Positions 35,773-45,350 of a stretch of 64,000 nucleotides of DNA are shown here, one piece after another. The notes under the pieces are model-generated. The model ran no database searches. It saw only the letters and a program-made list of their open reading frames with translations, and was not told where the DNA came from. Location of the stretch: contig JBHHUN010000005.1 of assembly GCA_046753765.1 (NCBI GenBank), positions 4,430-68,429 of the forward strand, written 5' to 3'. Every line of letters starts with the position of its first letter. The first letter of the stretch is position 1. This DNA is from Candidatus Dojkabacteria bacterium (GTDB taxonomy: Bacteria; Patescibacteriota; Dojkabacteria; B142; OLB20). The position numbers were made by a program, and so were the translations under genes.

Positions 35773-36651
35773 ATGCCGATTTACACATATAAAAAAGCAC
35801 CAGTAAAGTACCGAAAGCCCCGACCAGTAGGGGAAGAGCCCGGAGAGGAGGTAGTAATTGAGCTTAAAGAAGACAGGCCTCCACTCACAGTTTGGGATAT
35901 TCTGGCCGGATTGTTCCACGATATTAACCGACTCATAATCAAATCCAGGGTTGCGGGGCTACTTGTTCCTTTAATACTGATAGTCATTGGTGGCAACATC
36001 ATTTACCGTGAAGTGTGGCCAGAGATTGAGCAACAGGTTAAACTTGCGCTTGGCTACTACGATGTAACTACGGTTGCTCTTGTTGCTGGTGACTACGTTG
36101 AACGTGCCAGGTTTTTATCGAATCCAGGCTCACAATATTTTGCCGAGCTTAACGAAGACGCTGATGCTGCTTCGATCCTGCAAAAAGACCCGGTGAGTAA
36201 CAAGTACAATAAGCGCTTTTCGCTCTCGATCCCGTCTTTGAATCTAGATACTCTACCTGTACAGGCCAACGTTGACAGCGGCGTCAAGGATGCTTACGAC
36301 AGTGTTCTTACGTCAGGGCTTGCGCATTTTAAGGGGACGGGACTTCCGATTTCAGATGTAAATAACAATATCGTTATTTATGGCCACAGCTCTTCAGGAG
36401 ATTACTTCGAGCGGACAGGTGATGTCGCTGGTGCTTTTTCCAGACTTAATAAGATCAAGATAGGGGAGGAGATAGAGATCGAGATCGAGGGGAAGAAATT
36501 CAAATACAGAGTGTTCAAAAGTAAGATTGTTGCCCCCGAAGATATCTCGATTGTGACCGGTACTTACAACAAACGCACGCTAACGTTGTTTACATGTTTT
36601 CCAAATGGGAATAACGCCAACAGATTTGTGACCATCGCGAGACCTGTTTAG
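35773..36651 (+). CDS. Sortase
   Basis: N-terminal TM; IVIYGHS, LTLFTC and conserved Arg (NRF) form the His-Cys-Arg triad. Confidence 0.9.
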   Translation: MPIYTYKKAPVKYRKPRPVGEEPGEEVVIELKEDRPPLTVWDILAGLFHDINRLIIKSRVAGLLVPLILIVIGGNIIYREVWPEIEQQVKLALGYYDVTTVALVAGDYVERARFLSNPGSQYFAELNEDADAASILQKDPVSNKYNKRFSLSIPSLNLDTLPVQANVDSGVKDAYDSVLTSGLAHFKGTGLPISDVNNNIVIYGHSSSGDYFERTGDVAGAFSRLNKIKIGEEIEIEIEGKKFKYRVFKSKIVAPEDISIVTGTYNKRTLTLFTCFPNGNNANRFVTIARPV

Positions 36652-37793
36652 TACTCCTTCTTTCGTCTCAGAAAAGAAGGAGTTTCTAGGTCATCCTCAT
36701 CTCCACTATCATCGTCCTCAAGAACTGCTTTTGAAGTGGGTTTAGCTGGTTTCGGTTTTGCAGTAGGAGCGACAGGGTGGTCATCTTCATCGTCGTCTGA
36801 GATCCTGGGTCTACTGGGAACATAAGGGATCCCCTTGCTGCTTGTTTCAAAGCCTGTGCCTAGTACGGTAATTTGGATTTCGTCCTGCAGTTCAGAGTCG
36901 ATTGTTGCACCAAATATTATGTTTGCGTCAGGGTGAACTGCATCTGAAATCAACTTGGCTGCTTCGTCGACCTCGTACATCGCAAGATCTTTTCCGCCAA
37001 TTACGTTAAACAGCACACCAGTGGCACCATCGATATTCATTTCGAGCAGAGGTGAGTCCATGGCCATCTTTGTCGCCACCTCGGCCCGGTCGTCACCACT
37101 GGCTGTCCCCATGCCCATGAGGGCGGTGCCCGCATTTAGCATGATTGAACGTACGTCAGCGAAATCTACATTAATCAAGCCTGCCTGAGTGATCAGTTGA
37201 GAGATACTTTTTACGGCCTGTGCCAATACATCATCAACCTTCTTCATCGCCTCAAGGAAAGAGATATTTCTTTCGATTACATCGAGCAGCCTTTGGTTAG
37301 GGACAACAATAAGTGTATCTACCTTATCTTTAATCTCACCTATGCCTTCAACGGCGACTGCCATCCGCTTTTTCCCCTCAAAGTTGAACGGTTTTTCAAT
37401 TATTCCGACGGTTAGTGCTCCGAGGTTTTTTGCAATACCTGCAATAACAGGAGCAGCACCAGTACCTGTTCCGCCGCCCATGCCACCTGTAATGAAAATC
37501 ATGTCTGCACCCGCAAGGTGTTCGTGCAGAAGGTCAACGCTTTCTTCGGCTGCTTTGCGCCCAATCTGTGGGTTACCACCACTGCCGAGCCCCCTGGTGA
37601 TCTCTTCGCCTATTTGAAGTTTTGTCTCGGCACTGTTGGTATTTAAAGCTTGAGAATCAGTATTAACGGCAACAAATTCAACACCATCTATCTCATAGTT
37701 ATGAATCATGTTGTTAATAGCATTTCCTCCGGCACCACCCACACCGATGACTTTGATATTGGCCATATTCGAGGACTGTGGTTTTACAAGCAT
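36648..37793 (-). CDS. ftsZ: Cell division protein FtsZ
   Basis: IGVGGAGGNA, GGGTGTG tubulin motif, INVDFAD, C-terminal LETPSFLRR. Confidence 0.99.
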   Translation of the reverse strand: MLVKPQSSNMANIKVIGVGGAGGNAINNMIHNYEIDGVEFVAVNTDSQALNTNSAETKLQIGEEITRGLGSGGNPQIGRKAAEESVDLLHEHLAGADMIFITGGMGGGTGTGAAPVIAGIAKNLGALTVGIIEKPFNFEGKKRMAVAVEGIGEIKDKVDTLIVVPNQRLLDVIERNISFLEAMKKVDDVLAQAVKSISQLITQAGLINVDFADVRSIMLNAGTALMGMGTASGDDRAEVATKMAMDSPLLEMNIDGATGVLFNVIGGKDLAMYEVDEAAKLISDAVHPDANIIFGATIDSELQDEIQITVLGTGFETSSKGIPYVPSRPRISDDDEDDHPVAPTAKPKPAKPTSKAVLEDDDSGDEDDLETPSFLRRKKEY

Positions 37794-37898
37794 TGCAAAT
37801 TATAAATAATAACTCGTGATTTAGACTAGACGGAAAAACAGTTAAACAGTGGGTTTAGGCATAATCCAGTCTAAAAGATAAACCCTATTTGTGCAAGT

Positions 37899-39215
37899 TT
37901 AGGGCAGAAGATTCTTAATAAAACTCCCGATCCGTGAGCCGATTCCTTCGCCTCCACCGGACGCTGCGGCAGCCTGTTTGCGTGGTCCACTGTAGCCCTC
38001 ATCCATTGAGCCGTATAGTGTCAGACCCTGGACAACAGAATACGCAGGGCTCGATATCTCGTCGACGAGACCTTCAAGTCCCTTTGGGTAGCCAATTCTG
38101 GCAGGTACTCCAAAAACGCGTTTTGCAATAGTGGTAACACCCGGAAGCAGAGCGGAACCACCGGTCAGTACAATTCCAGCGGGCAATCTTGTCTCATGTC
38201 CTGCATCATCAACCTGTTTGATAAGTAGATCGAAGATCTCTGACAGTCTGGCTTCGATGATCTCTTCGAATAATTTTTTAGAGATTGTGTTAACACCGTT
38301 TATCTCCAGTTTAGTAATATCGATGACGTCTTTTGTTTTCTTCTTAGCTGCCTTTGCCTTACTTTTCGCACGTCCCAGAACTTTTTCACGCTTCTCTGTA
38401 GCTGCACTGACAGCCTCTTCTTTTGTGTTTTTGATGAGCTCTTCTGCATTAAGTTTGATTCGCTCTGCGTCTTCAAGGGAGACCCTGAGTCCAATTGCAA
38501 GGTCACTGGTTACGTTTGCACCACCAAACGGAAGGCTGCCACTGTAGGTAATGGCATCTTCAACAAATGTAGTAATAGAGCTTGTCCCCCCACCTATATC
38601 AAGTTGCATCACGCCAAGCTCTTTCTCGGTGGCAGTAAGGACTGCATTAGATGCTGACCACCCTGTGAAAACGATATCATCAACCCTGAGTCCCAGTTGC
38701 TGCACCACTTTAACAAGATTATGCAGTGCGGAGGATGTTGCTGAGATAATGTGGGCATCAACCTCGAGCCTTGTTCCCGACATTCCGATAGGGTCTTTTA
38801 TCCCTCCCTGAGCATCCACAATAAACTCACGTGGGATCACATGTAAGATCTCTCTGGATGGTGGAATAGAAACTGTTCTTGCACTCTCAATTGCCCGAAA
38901 TACGTCGTCTGCGATAATTTCGTCCTGGGCAACTGCCACAACTCCTTTGTTATTAGTACTCGTGATGTGCTTACCATTTATTGAGATGTACACCGATGAA
39001 ACTGTAAGGCCGGCCATTCTTTCTGCTGCCTCAAGAGATGCAGCGATAGAGTTGATGGCATCATCAATATTAACAACCACACCTTTTTTTAAACCCTGAC
39101 TAGGGTAGCTTGCAACGCCGATAACTGATGGCGGTTGACCTTCTTCGAGGGATGAGATAACAGTTGAGACCTTGGTAGATCCGATATCAAGGGCAGTAAT
39201 TATCCTGTTAGCCAT
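37899..39215 (-). CDS. ftsA: Cell division protein FtsA
   Basis: LDIGSTKV, PIGMSG, LDIGGGT, VLTGG, C-terminal amphipathic helix. Confidence 0.98.
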   Translation of the reverse strand: MANRIITALDIGSTKVSTVISSLEEGQPPSVIGVASYPSQGLKKGVVVNIDDAINSIAASLEAAERMAGLTVSSVYISINGKHITSTNNKGVVAVAQDEIIADDVFRAIESARTVSIPPSREILHVIPREFIVDAQGGIKDPIGMSGTRLEVDAHIISATSSALHNLVKVVQQLGLRVDDIVFTGWSASNAVLTATEKELGVMQLDIGGGTSSITTFVEDAITYSGSLPFGGANVTSDLAIGLRVSLEDAERIKLNAEELIKNTKEEAVSAATEKREKVLGRAKSKAKAAKKKTKDVIDITKLEINGVNTISKKLFEEIIEARLSEIFDLLIKQVDDAGHETRLPAGIVLTGGSALLPGVTTIAKRVFGVPARIGYPKGLEGLVDEISSPAYSVVQGLTLYGSMDEGYSGPRKQAAAASGGGEGIGSRIGSFIKNLLP

Positions 39216-39298
39216 ATGTTTAAACCACGTTTACTAAAATCATTTTACACCATTCCGCTTTTCGTGATAAATCATATCATTAAAAAGTCTCGAGTTCA

Positions 39299-40447
39299 TT
39301 ATTTAACAGAGACTTTCTTTGAGCTTAGATCTATCTGTTTGAACGATCGCCCTTCGAGTTTCAGCTGCGTCGAGACCAGTTCGAAGTCTTCAAGCTGCTC
39401 AGAGGTAGGCCTGTTGGTTCCAAATGTGAGAGTCTTTCCGTCGGTCAGTTCAAAGGTTATCAGATATTGTCCTTCCCAGACAATTTTCCGGACAATAAGG
39501 CGTTTGTGTTGATTAAAATAACTCGAGGCTTCGAGCGTAACGCCAAGCCTGAGAGGACTAATCTCATCATTTTTCTCGTAGAGGATGTTTTCAAGGACAA
39601 ACACACGTGGAAGGGCAGCGAAATCCTGTTTTGAAACCGAAGCAGAATATGCCTCTAAAGTTTCGTCAACCTTAACCATAAGCTCTGCCCTGATTTGCCG
39701 CAAGATCTTCACCTTTTTTGAAAGTTTTATCTCGGAAAAATCAAATTTGTCTTCTGGTTTGGGAGTAGGGGTCGGGTTAACTACCTCCTCAAGCGGTTCC
39801 TGCGGATCAAACTCCTCATCGATTTCGACAATGCCCATGTCAAGCCTGATCCTGTCCTCTACGTACTTAGCATTTGGGTCACCAAACCCTTTAATAATCT
39901 CAAGATCTTCGGGGGAGAAGTTGAGCTGATCGGTCTCGACCTGATCGAGTATGATCCCTTCGTTGTCCACCAGATAGACCCCCGACAGGTTGATGAGGCT
40001 TAAGTCAGGTTCGCGTTGATTAAGATCAATCTTGAGCTTGTTTGGGAGAATCTTTCGGACTTGCACCTCTTCGAAAAACAGGGCTGACTGCTCAAGATGC
40101 TCTTCAATAGCTGAACTTCTTGTTAGAAAAATATTCCGCCCTACGAATGGTTGTAACTGCGAAATGATCTCTTTAGAATCCACTTTGCCACTACCCAGAA
40201 AGCTGAACTCACTGATTGCAAATGTCGGCGATGTAATCGTATTAAAAAAAACAACGCCCAGGATTACAAGAAGTATCAGCCCGACTACACCAAGCATCAT
40301 CTTCCCGTTATTTCCGCCAAAAACCTTTGAAAATATCTCCTCCTGTTTTCTTTTAGGATTTTTTCGTGGTGAGTTCACACTCCTCGGGAGGAAAGGGTTT
40401 GAGGACTTCTTTGCCTGTTTTTGTCTGCGTAACAGCTTGTTTAACAT
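39299..40447 (-). CDS. ftsQ: FtsQ/DivIB-like protein (TM + POTRA) with acidic/PT insertion
   Basis: Upstream of ftsA; GRNIFL..VQVRKILPNKLKI..EP; C-terminal IDL. Start re-called at 40447. Confidence 0.8.
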   Translation of the reverse strand: MLNKLLRRQKQAKKSSNPFLPRSVNSPRKNPKRKQEEIFSKVFGGNNGKMMLGVVGLILLVILGVVFFNTITSPTFAISEFSFLGSGKVDSKEIISQLQPFVGRNIFLTRSSAIEEHLEQSALFFEEVQVRKILPNKLKIDLNQREPDLSLINLSGVYLVDNEGIILDQVETDQLNFSPEDLEIIKGFGDPNAKYVEDRIRLDMGIVEIDEEFDPQEPLEEVVNPTPTPKPEDKFDFSEIKLSKKVKILRQIRAELMVKVDETLEAYSASVSKQDFAALPRVFVLENILYEKNDEISPLRLGVTLEASSYFNQHKRLIVRKIVWEGQYLITFELTDGKTLTFGTNRPTSEQLEDFELVSTQLKLEGRSFKQIDLSSKKVSVK

Positions 40448-40509
40448 ATCTACATTGTATACTAAACATAAGTGGTTGGAGATAACAAACGGAGGTAGTA
40501 AAATGTGGC

Positions 40510-41172
40510 ATGGCACTCTCCAAAAAAGAGAAAAGACTGTTTAAACAGCTAGGGTATTTTCACCTTTATCTGGTTGTAGCTATTACGTTTCTAACTTTCC
40601 CTCTGGTATTTCCCCCTTGGAGCTCCGGATTCCAGATCTGGACCTGGATTCCTTTAGTCTTATACTACGGAGTGCTTGGCGCGGGGATGGTCATGTGGGG
40701 TATGGGGCAGAAGTATAAAGGAAGATTGTTTGGAACACTTCTTGTTCTTGTGATACTGGCAAGTGCTCACTTTTATTCATTGATATCGGCAACTCCGGAC
40801 TCTCTTTCTCGTGGTCAGGCGTTTGAATTTACCGAGTCAAGAAAAGAAGAGGTGATGACGGGCATCGACCTTGGCAAAAAAGAGCAGGGTAAGGATTTTG
40901 ACCAACCCAGAGGAGAGACCAAAGGTGAGAAAGCGCAGTTTATATCCGGAAAAACAGAGGGTGAAGTTGTTGAGGATGCAGCCAGAATCATTCCAGTAGA
41001 GCAGAACAGGTGGAACTGCAACAGTTTTGGCTGCAGCTACGGCACAGAGGAGACCGTTTGGACGATAAGTGCAGCAAATGTTTTTGGCTCAGTAATTCTA
41101 AACCTTCTTTCGATGGGTGGAATGACCTGGGTAGTATTTGGAGATGAGCTTAAGAAAGAGTTTAAATCTTAA
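40510..41172 (+). CDS. Hypothetical membrane protein
   Basis: Four TM helices with a loop containing CNSFGC. Confidence 0.65.
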   Translation: MALSKKEKRLFKQLGYFHLYLVVAITFLTFPLVFPPWSSGFQIWTWIPLVLYYGVLGAGMVMWGMGQKYKGRLFGTLLVLVILASAHFYSLISATPDSLSRGQAFEFTESRKEEVMTGIDLGKKEQGKDFDQPRGETKGEKAQFISGKTEGEVVEDAARIIPVEQNRWNCNSFGCSYGTEETVWTISAANVFGSVILNLLSMGGMTWVVFGDELKKEFKS

Positions 41173-41444
41173 TCCAGTTTCAGATCTTTTCTGAGCTTCT
41201 TGATCACATCTGCCCCTTCTTTATCCTCAAGGTATTTTAGGAGCTTTCTTCGTTTTCCAACCATACCAAGCAAACCCCTACGTGAGTGGTTGTCCTTTTT
41301 ATGAGTCTTCAGGTGATCAGCAAGATCAGCGATCTTGGCTGTTAGAAGGGCTATCTGGACTTGTGGAGATCCGGTGTCCTCGGGACCAGTGGCGTATTTT
41401 TTAATAATCTCCTCTTTTTGTTTAAGTGTGAGTGCCATTTGCAT
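41169..41444 (-). CDS. rpsO: 30S ribosomal protein uS15
   Basis: [25 protein letters not shown]. Confidence 0.99.
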   Translation of the reverse strand: MQMALTLKQKEEIIKKYATGPEDTGSPQVQIALLTAKIADLADHLKTHKKDNHSRRGLLGMVGKRRKLLKYLEDKEGADVIKKLRKDLKLD

Positions 41445-41570
41445 CTATTTAAAATATAAACTACAAACATCAGCTAAAGTCGGCAATTCTAGTAGCCAAT
41501 GTAAAAGTCTGTGCTATTATAACCCGATTCCGCCTTGTGGGGCAAATATTTCCGACTCCAGCTAAAATAG

Positions 41571-41593
41571 AAAAGCCCTCTGAATTGAGGGCT
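41571..41593 (-). terminator. Terminator downstream of trxA
   Basis: AGCCCTC-6 nt-GAGGGCT followed by a U run on the minus strand. Confidence 0.75.
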
Positions 41594-41619
41594 AATTTAC
41601 AGCTTAAATTGGTGATTTT

Positions 41620-41955
41620 CTACTCCAATCCGTCTAAGAGTGACTTCAGTTTTTCATCTACATCTTCCTCAGATCGCAGACCTACCATAGTCTCAACAGG
41701 CTCACCGCCCTTGTAAAAGATGAGTGAAGGGATGCTCATAACGTGGTATTCATTTTGTGTCTGGGGGTTTGCGTCGACGTCAAGCTTGAAGATCTGTACC
41801 TTTTTGTTGTCTGCGTACTTCTCGGCCAGCTTATCAACGATCGGGCCCTGAATTCTGCACGGTCCACACCATTCCGCCCAGAAATCAACTAATGTGATGC
41901 CATCGAAGTCGAGGACAGTTTCTTTAAATTTATCGTCTGTGATTGGTTTTCCCAT
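41620..41955 (-). CDS. trxA: Thioredoxin
   Basis: VDFWAEWCGPC active site; SIPSL cis-Pro loop. Confidence 0.97.
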   Translation of the reverse strand: MGKPITDDKFKETVLDFDGITLVDFWAEWCGPCRIQGPIVDKLAEKYADNKKVQIFKLDVDANPQTQNEYHVMSIPSLIFYKGGEPVETMVGLRSEEDVDEKLKSLLDGLE

Positions 41956-41979
41956 TGGAAAAAACTGTTTAGAAGTAAA

Positions 41980-42345
41980 TTAAGGTTTATCTGCCAACGG
42001 TTTGGTTTGTTTGGCAGTAGGTTTGGGTTTACTTTTTGCAGGGGGAGTTCCAAGCAGGTCATCTTTGGCGCTCTCGATCCTTTCTGCCAGATCGCCTCTC
42101 ACATCTGATGCTCTCTCTGAGACTTTGTCAAGAAAAGGCTCTATCTGGTCTTCCTGAAACTGATCAAACGCATCAATACCCTGTTTAAGAAGCTTATCGC
42201 TCGCCTTCTTGAGCTTTTTTCGAGACCTTTCGCCCGGTTCTGGCGCTACCAGAATTCCGATGAATGCCCCAATCATTCCGCCAACTAACAGCCCGGACAT
42301 AAAGCTCATTCCATTGTTATTACACGAATGGTTTTTGTGGTGCAT
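41980..42345 (-). CDS. YtxH-domain protein
   Basis: F..GLLVGGMIGAFIGILVAP.PGE.SRKKLK. Confidence 0.85.
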   Translation of the reverse strand: MHHKNHSCNNNGMSFMSGLLVGGMIGAFIGILVAPEPGERSRKKLKKASDKLLKQGIDAFDQFQEDQIEPFLDKVSERASDVRGDLAERIESAKDDLLGTPPAKSKPKPTAKQTKPLADKP

Positions 42346-42368
42346 AACCTGAATATAATAACTAATGC

Positions 42369-42725
42369 TTATTCGGGACCATCTTCCTCGGCACCTACAT
42401 CTGCAAAATCATCCTTCTCTTTATCCTTCTTTTTCTTCTTTCCTCTGAACTTTCCAACAAAGCTTAACATTTTTGAGAGTGGATCTACTATATTTGTAGT
42501 AAAATTACTGATTGATTCAACGATCTTTTTTGCCTTGGAGCTTATGAAATCATAGTCAACGACAAGCTTATCGGAGAGATTGCCAAAAGCCTGCAACACT
42601 TTACGAAGATCCTTGATACTGTCAGCAAATCCTCCGATCAGTCTCATGGTCTGGTAAGAGAGACCTAAAATGCTTATACTTATCACGATTACGAGCAGGA
42701 TTTTAGAGAAGTCATCAACGCTCAT
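42369..42725 (-). CDS. YtxG/DUF948-like membrane-anchored coiled-coil protein
   Basis: TM plus helical region, upstream of the ytxH-like gene. Confidence 0.6.
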   Translation of the reverse strand: MSVDDFSKILLVIVISISILGLSYQTMRLIGGFADSIKDLRKVLQAFGNLSDKLVVDYDFISSKAKKIVESISNFTTNIVDPLSKMLSFVGKFRGKKKKKDKEKDDFADVGAEEDGPE

Positions 42726-42757
42726 TAAGTTTGGTTAAAATGTAAAGTAAGTATGTC

Positions 42758-42788
42758 ACAAGTTGTTGATTTTATCAATTCAACTTGT
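42758..42788. repeat. Imperfect inverted repeat between divergent genes
   Basis: ACAAGTTG-TTGAT-TTT-ATCAA-TT-CAACTTGT. Confidence 0.6.
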
Positions 42789-42813
42789 CAAAATCTAAGC
42801 TGACAGGGACAAT

Positions 42814-43557
42814 ATGAAAGTTAACTATTGCGTAAAAGGCGAGGGAAGAACGATCATTCTACTGCATGGTTGGGGTGGATCTATCGGCAGCCTCGAGAAG
42901 TTGCAGCAGGAGCTTGCTGATATGGGCTTTCAGGTGTTTAATCTTGATCTGCCTGGCTTTGGCGACAGCGGGATCCCCGGAAAAGCCATGACACTTGATG
43001 ACTATGTTGAGTACCTTGATAAACTGGTCACGCGGTTAAATATATACAAACCGATCTTTGTTGGGCACTCGTTTGGGGGAAAGTTGGCAATGAAATATGC
43101 AATTAACAAACCAGGCACTTTATCAAATCTGGTTGTAATTGATGCGTCCGGGATAAACCCGCGCAACAGTGCTAAAAGGTCGCTACTGTATCTTCCTGCT
43201 AAGATTTTTGGTGCCGTCTTTGATCTTCCCGGATTAAAGCTGGTAAAGCCGATAGTACGAAAGCTTTTCTACAAGTTTGTTGTTCGGGAGCATGATTACG
43301 TGAAGTCGGACCATATAAGGCAGACCTTTCAAAACATAATTTCTGAGCATTTAGATGGTAAACTGGACCAGATTAAAACCGATACTCTTGTGATCTGGGG
43401 TGAGAAGGATACTGTCACACCGCTGTGGCAGGGGCAGCAACTTGCAAGCAAAATAGCTGGCTCACGTTTTGAGGTAGTCGAAGGTGCAAAACACTCGCTT
43501 CCACTTGAGATGCCCGAGGTTGTTGCCAGGATTATTTACAGCTATCTGAACAATTGA
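42814..43557 (+). CDS. Alpha/beta hydrolase
   Basis: LHGWG, DLPGFG, GHSFGG nucleophile, WGEKD, GAKH. Confidence 0.93.
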   Translation: MKVNYCVKGEGRTIILLHGWGGSIGSLEKLQQELADMGFQVFNLDLPGFGDSGIPGKAMTLDDYVEYLDKLVTRLNIYKPIFVGHSFGGKLAMKYAINKPGTLSNLVVIDASGINPRNSAKRSLLYLPAKIFGAVFDLPGLKLVKPIVRKLFYKFVVREHDYVKSDHIRQTFQNIISEHLDGKLDQIKTDTLVIWGEKDTVTPLWQGQQLASKIAGSRFEVVEGAKHSLPLEMPEVVARIIYSYLNN

Positions 43558-45350
43558 TATCTATGTTGGCTTTAATGGCGCTACTCATATTTTTCCTGCT
43601 GCCGGCTTATTTGGTAGTCTTTCAGAACTTGCTCTGGTACATATATCTTTGGCAGATAAAGGAGTACCGTGTTGACAGGGTGTATTCACATTTCAGGTTT
43701 GAGGATAAGTTTGATCGCTCAAGTTTGAGCTTTCTCCTTATTAAGTTGGCTCTGGTTTTTACCTCAATGCTATACCTGTTTTTTCCGCGCAGCCTGGCAC
43801 TGTTGGTTACACCACTTCTGGCATTTGTTCTCTACCTTGCAATGCTTGAGCGTATGGCAAGAAATCTAATCGGACGAAGGCTGCAAAGGCCCGCAATCAA
43901 AAGCGCACGTAATATTTTGATTTTGCTGTGGAGTGTAGCCGTTCTACTTCTTCCCGCAGCGCTTTTATTTGGATGGCTCAGGAGTTTGCCTGTTCCGGTT
44001 GAACCTGTTGGAAGCCTGGTTGAGCTTGAGCAACAAACAAGTATAAACATCCTTCCTCTGCCTTTGATACTGATTGTTCTTGCTACCATAGTCGCGGTCA
44101 CTACTGATCTGTTGACTCATTTGGTTGTGTTTTTAGGTGTACTCTTAACAAATCCGATGGCATCCATCAAAAGAAGAGGTCTTATTAGAAAGGCAAAGCA
44201 GAAACTTGGACGAAGCAAGAAACTCAAGATAGTTGCAGTTACAGGCAGTTACGGAAAAACAACTACAAAAGAGCTCATCTATGAACTAGTTAAAGATACA
44301 TATACAACCGTAAAGACACCCGAGAATAAGAACACCGATGTTGGCATAGCCCAAACAATTCTGGAGAGTATCAATGAAAACACAGAAGTACTGATTGCCG
44401 AGATGGGGGCATACCATATCGGGGAGATTGCAGATTCAACAAGACTGGCACCACCAGATATTGCGGTTGTAACAGGAGTTGACCAGCAGCATATAAGTTT
44501 ATTTGGGACCATAGAAAACACGTTTAAAGCCAAGTTTGAGATTGTGCAGGGACTAAAGCCAGAGGGGATTGCAATTTTAAATGGTAATAACGAGTACACT
44601 TTGAACATGGCTGCAAAAACCGACAAGAAGAAGCTTCTGTATTTTGCGGTTGATAATACAAATTTTACCGTCACAGAGGTTGATGAGGAGAAACAGAGGG
44701 TTAAGTCAAAGTCCAAGTTTCCGGCAGATTCAAATCTCTATGCGACCACGATAGTTCAGACAAATGAGGGGATTGCGTTTGATCTTAAGTACAAAGGGGA
44801 GAAGCATCATGTTAAGACAAAGTTTAAGGCGTCTCACAATATTTCTAACCTTCTTGCTGCGGTTTCGGTTGCGGTAGAGCTTGGTGTCCCGGTTGAAAAG
44901 GTAGTTGGACGTATCCAGGAGGGTGAGCTGAGCGACAAGTATCTTGCAGTAGACGAGGGTTTAGGTGGGGCAACAATTATCGATGACGGATACAATTCAA
45001 ATCCAACTGGGTTTTTAGAGGCGCTTAAGTTTTTAAAGGGGTTTGAGACAAAAGGGAAGAGGTGGATTATGACTCAAGGGGTCATAGAGCTCGGTCAGGA
45101 GCAGGATAGCCTTTATGGAAGGTTTGCCGAGCAGATCGCTTCGAGCTCAGATGGCTTAATAACTTCAGACAAAGTTTTGGCAGAGGCCGTCAACGAGAAA
45201 AGCCCGAAGTTTCCTGTTTATCTGGTAAAATCCGGCCCGGGCTTTGTTGACACCTACACTCGCAGAGTTAATAAAGGTGACACTGTGTTAATAGAAGGAC
45301 GGTTCGAGCCGGTAACAATGGAGGCAATTACAAAATCAGAGGATGATTGA
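43554..45350 (+). CDS. murF: MurF (UDP-MurNAc-tripeptide:D-Ala-D-Ala ligase) with N-terminal membrane domain
   Basis: VTGSYGKTTTKE, AEMGAY..GEI, IDDGYNSNP, IELG; multiple N-terminal TM helices. Confidence 0.88.
   Translation: MISMLALMALLIFFLLPAYLVVFQNLLWYIYLWQIKEYRVDRVYSHFRFEDKFDRSSLSFLLIKLALVFTSMLYLFFPRSLALLVTPLLAFVLYLAMLERMARNLIGRRLQRPAIKSARNILILLWSVAVLLLPAALLFGWLRSLPVPVEPVGSLVELEQQTSINILPLPLILIVLATIVAVTTDLLTHLVVFLGVLLTNPMASIKRRGLIRKAKQKLGRSKKLKIVAVTGSYGKTTTKELIYELVKDTYTTVKTPENKNTDVGIAQTILESINENTEVLIAEMGAYHIGEIADSTRLAPPDIAVVTGVDQQHISLFGTIENTFKAKFEIVQGLKPEGIAILNGNNEYTLNMAAKTDKKKLLYFAVDNTNFTVTEVDEEKQRVKSKSKFPADSNLYATTIVQTNEGIAFDLKYKGEKHHVKTKFKASHNISNLLAAVSVAVELGVPVEKVVGRIQEGELSDKYLAVDEGLGGATIIDDGYNSNPTGFLEALKFLKGFETKGKRWIMTQGVIELGQEQDSLYGRFAEQIASSSDGLITSDKVLAEAVNEKSPKFPVYLVKSGPGFVDTYTRRVNKGDTVLIEGRFEPVTMEAITKSEDD

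Noticed and set aside
41510-41570. Small RNA or tRNA fragment between rpsO and trxA
   Set aside because: A -10-like element exists but only a weak hairpin follows; no cloverleaf.
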